Source of the DNA: Amoebidium appalachense
Taxonomy: Eukaryota > Protista > Ichthyosporea
DNA: 64,000 bases
Assembly (NCBI GenBank): GCA_963693365.1
Contig: CAVNZM010000002.1
Coordinates: 14,045,615-14,109,614 of the forward strand
Direction: 5' to 3'
Positions 36,320 to 47,812 of the stretch are shown here, piece after piece (the first letter of the stretch is position 1; each line of letters opens with the position of its first letter). The position numbers and the translations under genes are program-made. The notes beneath the pieces are model-generated. The model was not told the DNA's origin and searched no databases. It was given only the letters and a program-made list of their open reading frames with translations.

Positions 36320-36429
36320 CAGACACGTACTGACACACACAGACCCACGTGGCCACACACACGCCATGACACACATGTACATGTGCACACAAACATACGA
36401 CGTTCATGAACACACACACACACACACAT

Positions 36430-36497
<68 letters not shown>

Positions 36498-36515
36498 ACA
36501 CAGACACATCATCAC

Positions 36516-36557
<42 letters not shown>

Positions 36558-36599
36558 TTATTAAATAGGTCACACACGCACACACCCACACACACACGC

Positions 36600-36658
<59 letters not shown>

Positions 36659-38391
36659 AACAACAACAACACACACACATACACACACATGCTGAGGCGA
36701 TGTAAGTGGAGCGCAGGCGAGCTCTACATATAGTAGGCAGCCGCGAGTGGCCCAAGCCCGCCGGTCACGCGCAACACCGTGCACGTGTACCCGTCTGTTG
36801 CGACAGCATGCAATTCGTGGTTTCTGATTTGCCATGCTCACCCATTATTGAACAACATAGATTGGAACAAAGCCTTACTTACCATGACCCCGCCCACCTC
36901 GATTCACGGACGTCGGCCTAGGCATATGCTTTATCACAAACTCACCATTTTTAGCAACAGTGGGCATAACCAACATGCATAAGCAATGCAACCACATGAG
37001 GCTGAGCCCTCTAAAGTGGATCTAGATCTGCGGTTCAGCAATAGGTCTCCGTACACCTGTAATTTTCGCTGCATATGACTAGTTGGAGCAAACTAGTTTC
37101 ACGCATACACGTGCACTTGTACTTTTGCCCGCTGGTGTCCTTTGGTCACTTGTTGTTTTATTTTTTATTTCATCGCTGTGGCTCTTTCGAAGTCGGTTAT
37201 TTTGGTGGTCATGTTGTACATAGCCTGTGGCTGCACGTTGCCTTCATATCCACTGGACCACTGATCAATAAATCCCAGTCAAGAGAAAAAGATTTTCATT
37301 CAAGCTTGGTATATCTTGTGTCCCTGTCCATTTACATTCATCAATCATATGCATGCCCTGCACATTTCTTTCTAGTGGTTGCATCAGAATACATCATTCG
37401 CCGTGCCTATTACTAAGGAAGTTATCTAAATTATGTACGATGATAAATAAAAGAAGTTATACCGGTTATAAAATAGTTACTAAAATGTTGATTATGCATA
37501 TACATAAATGAGAATGGATTCCGGAATCCGAGATATCTTCGAAATCCGGAGATAAAGAATATAATACATGTTGTTTTGGTGAAAATATGCCTATGTATCT
37601 AAATCCAATGGAATTGAGACTGGACGGCTCTCAGGCACCGTGGCAAGTTACGGTAGTTTTGTTTGTTGCACTTGATTTACAGATTTTTGTTCCACAAGCA
37701 TTATAAGCTAATATAATACGTAATATTTCGGTGTCTGCGACAATGGGCAGGCAGATGGACTGAGTCTGTCGGAGTCTTTGTGGGGGTCGTCTCGTTTTGG
37801 GTTGGGGGAGATACTATTTCGATTTGTTTTCTTTTTTGATTGGTCAATGTCTCAAAACGTCGGTTTGCCTTTTGCTAAATATGGTTAAAATAGATCCGGG
37901 ATAACAAACTTATAAGATCCTGTTAGCCGCTAACATCAAGAAATGTACAGGAACCGTAAACTGAGAAATTCAGGTCACATGGCTGCCTGGCGTGCTTTAG
38001 CCGATAAAAAAGTAACAGAATGCCACAACCCTTTGAGTTTTTCTTTTTGATGCTTTTTAAGGCGGTATTCTGTTTGAGCTGGGTGGCTAATAAAAAAAAG
38101 GAATATGGGATTGCCATGATGACAAAAGTCAAGGCATCTCCGACACAAGCTTGCGGGATCTCCGGAATAAAAATGAAATTCCCGTAAATGACCTAACGTT
38201 TTTCCAAGAACCCCCCGCTCAAGACCACGTCTTCGTCTCATCTGACATGTATGTATTTGCAATCTGGGAGCCGCTTCTTCTTATAATCGAGGACAAGTTT
38301 AGGTTGTGAACACAGAAACAAACGCTAAATAGAATTTCTCTTGGCAAAAAGAAATATTGCACAAAAGACTTAAACCTGGGGAGCACCCTAC

Positions 38392-38438
38392 ACTACACAA
38401 TTGCAATTGTGTAATTAATACAATTGCAATTGTGTAGT
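38392..38438. repeat. Near-perfect 47-bp palindrome built from two nested ACAATTGCAATTGT palindromes
   Basis: ACTACACAATTGCAATTGT-GTAATTAAT-ACAATTGCAATTGTGTAGT; the 19-bp arms are exact reverse complements. Confidence 0.9.
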
Positions 38439-39320
38439 TGCTTATACACCCCACTTCAAAATGTTTTATTAGACTTTTCCGGTGTTTTTGTGATCACACG
38501 AAACATACTGGTCATCTCAAACCGCGTTGTCGCTTCACTCAGTCAAGCACACCCTGTTGTACACCAGTATACACAGTCCCACACAAAAACTACTGTGTAT
38601 AAACCGTGCTCCTATTCACATATAGATTCTCTGTTCGCTCTTAGGTAATGTTTTTAGAATACATGTAAAAACAGTTGTAAAGCCTCAACATCAGGATCCA
38701 TGCCATGACACTTTGCTGTGATTGCATGTGCATGGAACAACCGATGTAACATCGATATTGATAGCTGCACGGATTCTGCATCGTCACGTTTGTGGATGTC
38801 GTGGCGATTATAAAACCTTGAGTGTGTCTAGAGAAAAACGAGGTAGTTTATGTCTGTGGAGTAGCTAAACTGTGGTTGAGGGTTACTTTCGCCGTGAATT
38901 GTGGCTAGATCGACAAGAACTCACACATCCCCACTACTACACCGGGATCTTGCAAGGACCCAATTGGGTGATGAGACAGGGCTGCTAGTAAACAAGAGTT
39001 ATTATTTTCTCTTTCCTTGCAAACGCAGGGCCAGTCAAACGACCACGCGGCGCTACCCCACAACAACCTTACTGCTAGTAATGCACATTTATCAGTTAGT
39101 CACGCACGCGTGCACGTGTTAAGACTTCACGTGGGGCCACCCTCACGTGATAACTTCCTAATCACAACTCCAGGAGCCAAACCGTGTGCATGGTCTTGTA
39201 CTCTACCAATATATTCACCAAGGTAATAGTTGTGCCCATACGGTGTGAGTTTGGGGTGTCATAGCCACCACAGAGAGCATTTTTAAGTCTAAGTTTTAGA
39301 TATTTCCTTTTTTGGACATA

Positions 39321-42300
39321 ATGGCCGCCCTGCAGCTGCCTGCACCCACCTCAGCCACCCGCCTGTTGGAAGTAGAGTCCGCTGTGACTAGGGTCGTCGT
39401 GGCGCGCTTGGGCGCTGACCCGTTTTTTTACTGCTTTCAGTGTGTTAACTCCATGACTGAACTCCATGACTTAACTCCATGACTTAACTCCATGACTTAA
39501 CTCCATGACTGAACTCCATGTCTGAACTCCATGACTGAACTCCATGACTGAACTCCATGACTTAACTCCATGACTTAACTCCATGTCTGAACTCCATGTC
39601 TGCACCTGGCAGAGACGTGGCTTATATACCCGTGGGGCAGCAGTCTGGAATGTAATCCGGATGCCAGGTGCTAATCGGATTGGTTACTTTCATTTAGAGA
39701 TCTCTGGGACCAGTGAACCAATCGTTTGCAGTCAAAACACAATTGGCAACATTCCTCAACTATGCAGATGTGCATGTGGTGATCGAGTGTCAGCGTGTGT
39801 CTGTGTACACGGAACCAATTGTAAAGCTAACATACACATATTGTGGAGTGAGCGTAAGTCTGCACTCCAACACCCCTACCCAATTGGAGAAGTGTACACA
39901 CCACTGTAGAGAAGAGAGAGTGAGTGTGGCTGCTTGCAGGGTAGACCGGGGTGTGCATTCCACTGTGGTGCGTGCCCCGCCAATGAAGTGGAATACTTGA
40001 CGTTGATGTCGCAGGCTGCTGCGGATGGAGTTTGTGGAAGCGAAAGTCTCTACTTCACGGAAATACGCTCGCGGGTGTAGGGTACAGCCTAGAAGTCGGT
40101 TTCTGGGCTCCTCCGTTCAAGGCGTCGTAGGGGACGTGAAGTTAGAGGCCGCGGTGTCGTGTCTGGGCCCATAACCCTGTTGGAAGTAGAGTCCGCTGTG
40201 ACTAGGGTCGTCGTGGCGCGCTTGGGCGCTGACCCGTTTTTTACTGCTTTCAGTGTGTTAACTCCATGACTGAACTCCATGACTGAACTCCATGACTGAA
40301 CTCCATGACTGAACTCCATGTCTGAACTCCATGTCTGCACCTGGCAGAGACGTGGCTTATATACCCGTGGGGCAGCAGTCTGGAATGTAATCCGGATGCC
40401 AGGTGCTAATCGGATTGGTTACTTTCATTTAGAGATCTCTGGGACCAGTGAACCAATCGTTTGCAGTCAAAACACAATTGGCAACATTCCTCAACTATGC
40501 AGATGTGCATGTGGTGATCGAGTGTCAGCGTGTGTCTGTGTACACGGAACCAATTGTAAAGCTAACATACACATATTGTGGAGTGAGCGTAAGTCTGCAC
40601 TCCAACATGTTGGAAGTAGAGTCCGCTGTGACTAGGGTCGTCGTGGCGCGCTTGGGCGCTGACCCGTTTTTTACTGCTTTCAGTGTGTTAACTCCATGAC
40701 TGAACTCCATGACTGAACTCCATGACTGAACTCCATGACTGAACTCCATGTCTGAACTCCATGTCTGCACCTGGCAGAGACGTGGCTTATATACCCGTGG
40801 GGCAGCAGTCTGGAATGTAATCCGGATGCCAGGTGCTAATCGGATTGGTTACTTTCATTTAGAGATCTCTGGGACCAGTGAACCAATCGTTTGCAGTCAA
40901 AACACAATTGGCAACATTCCTCAACTATGCAGATGTGCATGTGGTGATCGAGTGTCAGCGTGTGTCTGTGTACACGGAACCAATTGTAAAGCTAACATAC
41001 ACATATTGTGGAGTGAGCGTAAGTCTGCACTCCAACACCCCTACCCAATTGGAGAAGTGTACACACCACTAGAGAAGAGAGAGTGAGTGTGGCTGCTTGC
41101 AGGGTAGACCGGGGTGTGCATTCCACTGTGGTGCGTGCCCCGCCAATGAAGTGGAATACTTGACGTTGATGTCGCAGGCTGCTGCGGATGGAGTTTGTGG
41201 AAGCGAAAGTCTCTAATGAAGTTAGAGGCCGCGGTGTCGTGTCTGGGCCCATAACCCTGTTGGAAGTAGAGTCCGCTGTGACTAGGGTCGTCGTGGCGCG
41301 CTTGGGCGCTGACCCGTTTTTTTACTGCTTTCAGTGTGTTAACTCCATGACTGAACTCCATGACTTAACTCCATGACTGAACTCCATGTCTGAACTCCAT
41401 GACTGAACTCCATGACTGAACTCCATGACTTAACTCCATGACTTAACTCCATGTCTGAACTCCATGTCTGCACCTGGCAGAGACGTGGCTTATATACCCG
41501 TGGGGCAGCAGTCTGGAATGTAATCCGGATGCCAGGTGCTAATCGGATTGGTTACTTTCATTTAGAGATCTCTGGGACCAGTGAACCAATCGTTTGCAGT
41601 CAAAACACAATTGGCAACATTCCTCAACTATGCAGATGTGCATGTGGTGATCGAGTGTCAGCGTGTGTCTGTGTACACGGAACCAATTGTAAAGCTAACA
41701 TACACATATTGTGGAGTGAGCGTAAGTCTGCACTCCAACACCGCCTACCTGCAGTCCAGCCACCTTCGTTCAAAGTAGACCCCGCCGATGGATTAACGGG
41801 CCAGTCTTTGGTTCTGGCGTCGAAAAACGGAGACCTAAAAACGGTCAAGAAATTGCTGGAAAGGGGTGCGGACATCGACTCGCAAGACACGAAGGGGTGG
41901 ACTGCTCTTCACTGGGCCGCGGCTACAAACAACCTACCACTCGCCTTAATGTTGTGTTTGTGTGGGGCTGACTCTAGTTTGTTAACGTCAAGTGGTAAAA
42001 CCGCACTAGAACTGGCCATGCTGCAAAACGAAAGGGAAATGATTGAAATTTTGAGCGGGAACAGGGGGATTTCAATACACGCAAAGGAACCCAAACAGCC
42101 CGGGCGTATGCAAAATGTTGCAGCCGCTACAGCTTTAAATTCAACGGTACGAGTTACAGGTGTAGCGAGGCAGAATAATCTCCCGGCGAATAGTTATGGT
42201 AACGGGCACGAGCAGAGAAAGACTGTACAGAATCATTTCTGCGCGGTAAACAGTACACGAGGGTTAGGGGGATATACTGCGGACGAGACAAGCAGATCCA

Positions 42301-42803
42301 CACCCGGGATATCGTCAATATCTCCTTCAGTTTCTGGAGGTGCAACTACGGCGTTTTCCATACAAGAGTCCCCCGTTCTTAACACAAACGCCAAACAGGC
42401 GTATAACTTTGGGTCAAATAATATCCAACAGCATATCCAACCCGAGCAATATCCCGCTGAGCAAATTGCGACGTTTCATTGGCCGGCGGATGCGGTTACT
42501 AGGATGACGGTCGGGTCAATGGCTGCACCCACCACCGGACCGGGCCAAGTTGTTTCGTGCACCTCATGCAGTGTGGTGTTTTTATCGACCCGATTTGTGT
42601 TCCGTGGGGAAATGTCGATGTGTAGGAATTGTACGATTCAAAACACGGTAAAATTGAGGGGAAAACGGTCTAGCCTTCCTGATATACACACCAGACAGAC
42701 CAGATATGACCAGTTTGGTAATGCACCATTCGGGCCGGACACGATCAAGAGGATTCGTATTGACGATGTGGTGGGGATGGCACAGTTGTGTAACAGAAAT
42801 TAA
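39321..42803 (+). CDS. Intronless ankyrin-repeat protein (366 aa once the insertion is removed) with a C-terminal CxxC..CxxC motif; interrupted near codon 15 by an LTR element
   Basis: ATG 39321 gives MAALQLPAPTSATR. Removing the insert and one CCGCC copy joins 39363 to 41746 in frame: LPAVQPPSFK...LVLASKNGDLKTVKKLLERGADIDSQDTKGWTALHWAAATNN...GADSSLLTSSGKTALELA; later CTSC...CRNC; stop at 42801-42803. This allele may be inactive. Confidence 0.85.
39364..39872 (-). repeat. LTR copy 1 (509 bp; 12 x 13-bp units; T7 run) - outer type A
   Basis: TG...CA ends with a 7-bp terminal inverted repeat; AACTCCATG(A/T)CT(G/T) array at 39447-39602. Confidence 0.95.
39602..39690 (-). promoter_or_regulatory. 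Putative LTR promoter (CCAAT and TATATAA on the minus strand), repeated in each LTR
   Basis: Minus-strand CCAAT (ATTGG at about 39679-39683) and TATATAA (39621-39627). The TATA is bracketed by the inverted repeat GCACCTGGCA/TGCCAGGTGC (39602-39611, 39662-39671). Confidence 0.55.
40163..40177 (-). other. Primer-binding site complementary to the anticodon region of initiator tRNA-Met (half-tRNA priming); second copy at 41243-41257
   Basis: The plus strand reads CTGGGCCCATAACCC, matching the eukaryotic tRNAiMet anticodon arm; it contains the Drosophila copia PBS GGTTATGGGCCCAG. Confidence 0.9.
40178..40607 (-). repeat. LTR copy 2 (430 bp; 6 units; T6 run) - inner type B
   Basis: Same sequence as LTR1 apart from array length and T-run. 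Confidence 0.95.
40608..41037 (-). repeat. LTR copy 3 (430 bp; 6 units; T6 run) - inner type B, abutting LTR2
   Basis: Junction TCCAACA|TGTTGGA at 40607/40608 with no spacer; appears identical to LTR2. Confidence 0.95.
41258..41740 (-). repeat. LTR copy 4 (483 bp; 10 units; T7 run) - outer type A
   Basis: The order of array variants matches LTR1 minus two units; followed by the TSD CCGCC. Confidence 0.95.
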
Positions 42804-43790
42804 CTACGGTAATGTCATATATATATATATATATCATAAGGTATAACTTGGCGAAATGGATTGAGTGTGATAATGACTGTAGTTGATAACTGTTTTAGGA
42901 TGGTTTTGGCTGGGTTTGCGGTGTAAATGAAGCAAGGGCTAGCTGGTGCTGACTGCTGACTGGTGCTGGCCACTGGTTAGTTCAGTAAGTATTAGGACAT
43001 CGTTAAATCAGTACCGTACGTAGTACAGTAACTCAGAGTGCAATGTAACTCGATATTCAAACGGAACATTCTGAAAAGACATCCAGTATACATAAAGACA
43101 ACACAAATTTGCGTATTTGCGGATGCAATTGACGCAGTATGCAGTAAATCGGTTGCATAAGTTCAACCTGAGGTGCCTCGTATGTGTTCTTTTTAATGTC
43201 TTTTTTACCCGCCCAAACGTTTTGGTGGGGTGGTCCTCAGGGCCCCCCGGCGTGGGGGGTAGGTGGGTCACAGTGGTGGGTGGATGGGGGGTGATGTTTC
43301 AACAGGGTGACGCGGCACGCTAACGAACAATTTCTCTGCCTTGAATGCATAACTCTCCAAAGTAAGTATATGCATATCAAATGCCATATCGTCGGACAGT
43401 ACGGAAACTTCTGTGGGAGCAATATATGATAAACGGTTTTGAAGCGAAATAACTCTTTGAATTTGCCTTGAAGTTATGTTTAACGGTATAGCCAACAAGA
43501 GGCCTTAGCAAACCGTTCGGCCGGTAGTCGTCTGATGCATATTCTTCATCCCCGCCGATTTCGAAATTTTTGTCGGATTAAGTAAGTAGGAGTCTGTAAT
43601 CCCATGCTGGTTATTGATACCAGCGGTTTGTGTGGATACACGTACATCATTCTTGATCTTAGATTCTGTGAAATTTTTTATGTATATAGTAAATATAAAG
43701 AAATCCTCGGCTGAGCGTTGTTGAAATGCATCCACACACGTGTATGTGTTTGTTTGTGTGTTCGTGTGCGTGTGTGTGTGTCACGTGTGT

Positions 43791-43821
<31 letters not shown>

Positions 43822-44004
43822 GAGACACTGGGGAGAGGAAGAAAAATCCATAGAGAGAAAAGGAGAGAGGGAGATAGCTCTGAAGGAAAGAGAGAGGGGT
43901 AGGGAGGAATAGAGAGCAAGAACGTGAGGGAGGAAGTGAGGGAGAGAGAGAGTGCGTGTGTGTGTGTGTAAAGAGAGAGAGGGGGGGGGGGGGGGGGGGG
44001 GGGG

Positions 44005-44076
<72 letters not shown>

Positions 44077-44078
44077 GG

Positions 44079-44110
<32 letters not shown>

Positions 44111-44240
44111 GGGAGGGAGAGGGAGAGGGAGAGAGAGAGAGAACCAGAGAGAGGGAGAGAGGGAGAGAGGTAGGGGGAGAGAGAGAGAGAAAGAGGGAGA
44201 AAGAGAGGGAGAAGAGAGAGAAAGAATGGTGCACACGTGT

Positions 44241-44288
<48 letters not shown>

Positions 44289-44813
44289 GCGTATGTGTGT
44301 GTGTGTGTGTGTGTGTGCTAGGCCCTATTTAGCGCTTGTGTACCGTGACGTGTCGTGTTTGTGTGCAAGGCACTGGGTGCTTGCTTCAGTGCATGAAACT
44401 ATGTAGCATGTGCACTGTGTTTGTGGCGCACGGTGAATAAGTATGCATATACCTACTACGCAGGTCGCGTTTCACAAACCACTTCCCCATGCCCTATAGC
44501 TAATATAGTGACTCTAGTAGGCTATCATTGCAACCCATGTGCATGACCCGGACTCCTCCCTCCCCCCCCCCCTCCCCCTCTGCCCCCGCCCCCGGCTCCC
44601 CCCCCCCCCCCCCCTTTCAGATCCCCACTTCATTCTGCTAGACTCCTGGCATATCTCGCAGACCATCCAGTTAGTAACCTGTAATATTAGATGTGTAGGT
44701 GTGTGGGCTACGCTTCGCACGACACGACGGGCAGGCAAGGAGCCCGAGGACGGGAGGAGATGGGATGGTGTAGGGTGGGGTGTAGTGGTGGTAGTGGTGG
44801 TGGTAGGGGAGGT

Positions 44814-44849
<36 letters not shown>

Positions 44850-45191
44850 AGGGGGGGGTTAGTAGGGGTGGCAGGCAAGGAAAGGGTGAGGCGGGGGCAA
44901 CCATGGAGGAGCCTCAGTCGCGGCCTTGTTTTTTTTCCCCACTGCTGCAGTAAATATTTCCCTGGCTTCGCTGGGCCACAATTGCAGCTTTATCTATTGG
45001 TTCTATTCGTGCGGATGATTGGTCACTGGTGAGAGGATGACGTCAGCAAGCTGCCCAAATTGCAGCTTCAAGACATCGTGAGTCTTCAGTCGTGGCGTAC
45101 AGAAGTGACAGGCTGTGACAAGCGGCCGGAGACTGCCGGCGGGCCACCCAGCGTATCTGTAGACCAAGTCATTCAGGGAGACACAGCAGCC

Positions 45192-45236
45192 ATGAAGGTC
45201 ATCGCTAGCTTTACCGTAACCACCCCCTCCCCCTCT

Positions 45237-45267
<31 letters not shown>

Positions 45268-46368
45268 TCTCCCCCCCCCCCCCCTCTCCCTCCCTCCCTC
45301 CCTCCCCTCCCTCCCGTCCTTACACACACACTTCAGCCCACTCCGGGGCCCAGTCTACCCTCAAGATCCTCCACACTGCGCTTCTTTTTTCTCTTCTACT
45401 CTCCAAACTTTACCACACAGAACTTGTACTTGGCCAATCGATTTTCACCAGGAGACTACACACCAGGCATAGTACGAGTACTCGAACAACATGCACACAT
45501 CGACGTGCAATGAAGATTTGAAGCAAGCACGTGCCACGGTTGCGCAACTCGTACCCGCGGTTCTTTTTGGTTCCTCCCCCCCCCCCCCCTCACCCCTCTC
45601 CCCCCCCCCCCCCCCCCCCTTCCCCCCCCCCCCCCCCCCCCCCCCCCCCAACCCCCCTCGCTCTCCCCCTTCCTCCCCCCTGGAGTTCTAGGAGCAACTG
45701 TTATAGATCCCTCATGGTTTTTCTGTTGCGATGCCACTTACAACCCAGCACTCTCGTGACATTCACATAAGCCTTATTATTCTACCTGAGCTGTCTTTTC
45801 TGTTCCCCAGATCCTATATTTTTTCTGACAACATGACTCTCCCCCCCCCCTCCCCCCGCCCTCCGCCTCCCCCCCCCCCCCCCCCCCCCCCCCGCCCCCT
45901 GCCCTGGCAAAACCACCACCACCACCATCGCAACCATCCTCCCACTCCCAATCCCACCCATCAAACGTGTTTTTGTAATAGTTTCCCTAATCCTCTCTTT
46001 GGGGCTTATTTCCCTCAACCCATCAATCGGATCGTTAGGCATCAGAGGGTCCACCCATCACCATGCATATCAATGTTGCAGTTTCACACAGCCACGGTCT
46101 AGTCTTGCAGCGCATTATCACATTTTCTTGGCACCGATACCTTTATCTGCTGTTTTTTTTCTCGTCTCCTGATACTATCGTAACTACCCCGTGTTGTTCG
46201 CCTTTACAAGATTATCTCTTATTCTATTTTATTTGTGAATGTGTCTCTGTACCTGTGGTTTTTTTTTTTTTTGTTTTTTTTTTGGTTTTGTGCCTGTTCG
46301 TTCGTTCGTGCCTCTATACGTCCGCATGTTAGCAAACATCCCCCCCCCCCCCCCCCCCTCGCCCCCCC

Positions 46369-46404
<36 letters not shown>

Positions 46405-47755
46405 TTGTTTTTCCCCTTTCTTCCTCTTCTTTCCTTTTTGAGGGGGAGGGGTAGAAAGGCTGGCTGCCATTGCCATGTTATTAACCATAATCCCACAAAC
46501 TCTCAACCCGCAGAACATTAACTCATGCACACACTCACTACCCATGGATCCATCCACACACCCACCATCCGCTCCCACACGTACACACACTCACAGCACA
46601 TCTTTCTCACCTCAGATTGTGCCCATCGGTGTGGGTGTGAGTGTGAGCAAATACATTGCCGAATGCATGAATATACTGAAAGAGTCTGGCCTCACCTACC
46701 AGCTGCATGCTACGGGCACAAGCATGGAGGGGGAGTGGGATCAGGTGAGCACAAATTCCCGTGTTATTGGTTGTGTTTCCCGTTATTTTGGATTGGATGT
46801 GGGTGCCCGAATATGGTGTTGAGAGTCCCCCCCCCCCCCCCCTTTCGCCCCCAAGTGTCTTCTTTGAGGACCAAAAAAAAGAAGGAAAAAGAAAAAAAGA
46901 AAAAAAAGAAAGGAAAACGATAAAGCAATTCATAATGATGAAAAATCTTCCCGTTTGCCCTTTCGGTGTCAATATCTTTGTTTTTTCCATGTGTGCATGT
47001 GCATGTGTGCACATGTATCTGTCTGTGTGGTGGTGGTGGGGGTGGGGGTGGTGGGGTTTTTTTTTGTTTTTTTTGGGGGGGGGGGGAGGGGGTGGAGGGG
47101 GGTTTGGGGGGATCTACTGAATTTTGGATTTGGGCTTTGTGGTCGTGTGAGGTTTAAGGAGGGGAAGTTTTTGGGGGGTCTGCGGCAGAAGGTGGGGTGG
47201 GGGTGGGGGGGGTGGGGGGTGGGGGGTGGGGGGGGGGGGGGGGAAGTGAAAAACGAATGTGTAAGCATGGATGCTGATCGGTTAGGCTTTCACCAATCAG
47301 GTATTCCCAATTTTTAGCTCAGTGGGTTGTTAAATCGAAATGGCTTGCTGATTCTGATGTCGCGTGCAGGTAATGGGTGCCATCAAAAAATGCCACGAGC
47401 GAGTCCATGAAATGGGTGCTGCACGTATACAGTCGGTAGAGACCCCCCCCTCTCCCCCCTCCCCCCCCCCTTTCCCTGCCTCCCCCCCCCCCCCCCCCCC
47501 CCCCTCCCCCCGTCTCTTGGTAATGGTCATGGTGGGTTTCTTTGCATGCCCACCCCTCGCCCCTTCTCCACGGTGCCCCTTCTCCCTTCCCCCTCCCCCC
47601 GCCTCCTCCTCCCCCCGATGTTGTGTAGACTGTGCTTGTTTTTGCACATAATGGCAAAACAAATTATATGATATCCCCGCTCCCCCCCCCCCTCCCCCTC
47701 CCCCCCTAAATGTGCACACATGCAAGCACACATGCAAGCACACATGCACACACAT

Positions 47756-47812
<57 letters not shown>

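Larger units (their letters stand above)
39364..41740 (-). mobile_element. Ty1/copia-type terminal-repeat retrotransposon in miniature (TRIM-like), four-LTR composite
   Basis: LTRs bounded by TGTTGGA...TCCAACA at 39364-39872, 40178-40607, 40608-41037 and 41258-41740. Internal segments 39873-40177 and 41038-41257. 5-bp TSD CCGCC at 39359-39363 and 41741-41745. Minus-strand PBS GGGTTATGGGCCCAG and PPT GGGTAGGGG lie flush with the LTRs. No gag/pol ORF. Confidence 0.95.

Noticed and set aside
39364-41740. Four near-identical blocks as a tandem gene family (repeated MSELHVCTW ORFs) or plain assembly stutter
   Set aside because: TG..CA termini, PBS, PPT, TSD and copy-specific indels identify them as LTRs. 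Mis-assembly is not fully excluded without reads.
43268-43735. Two in-frame minus-strand ORFs separated by one TAA (possible pseudogene)
   Set aside because: No recognisable homology or splice support; compatible with chance.
44377-44400. GTGCTTGCTTC resembling the 5' end of U6 snRNA
   Set aside because: Similarity ends after 11 nt and there is no ACAGAGA box.
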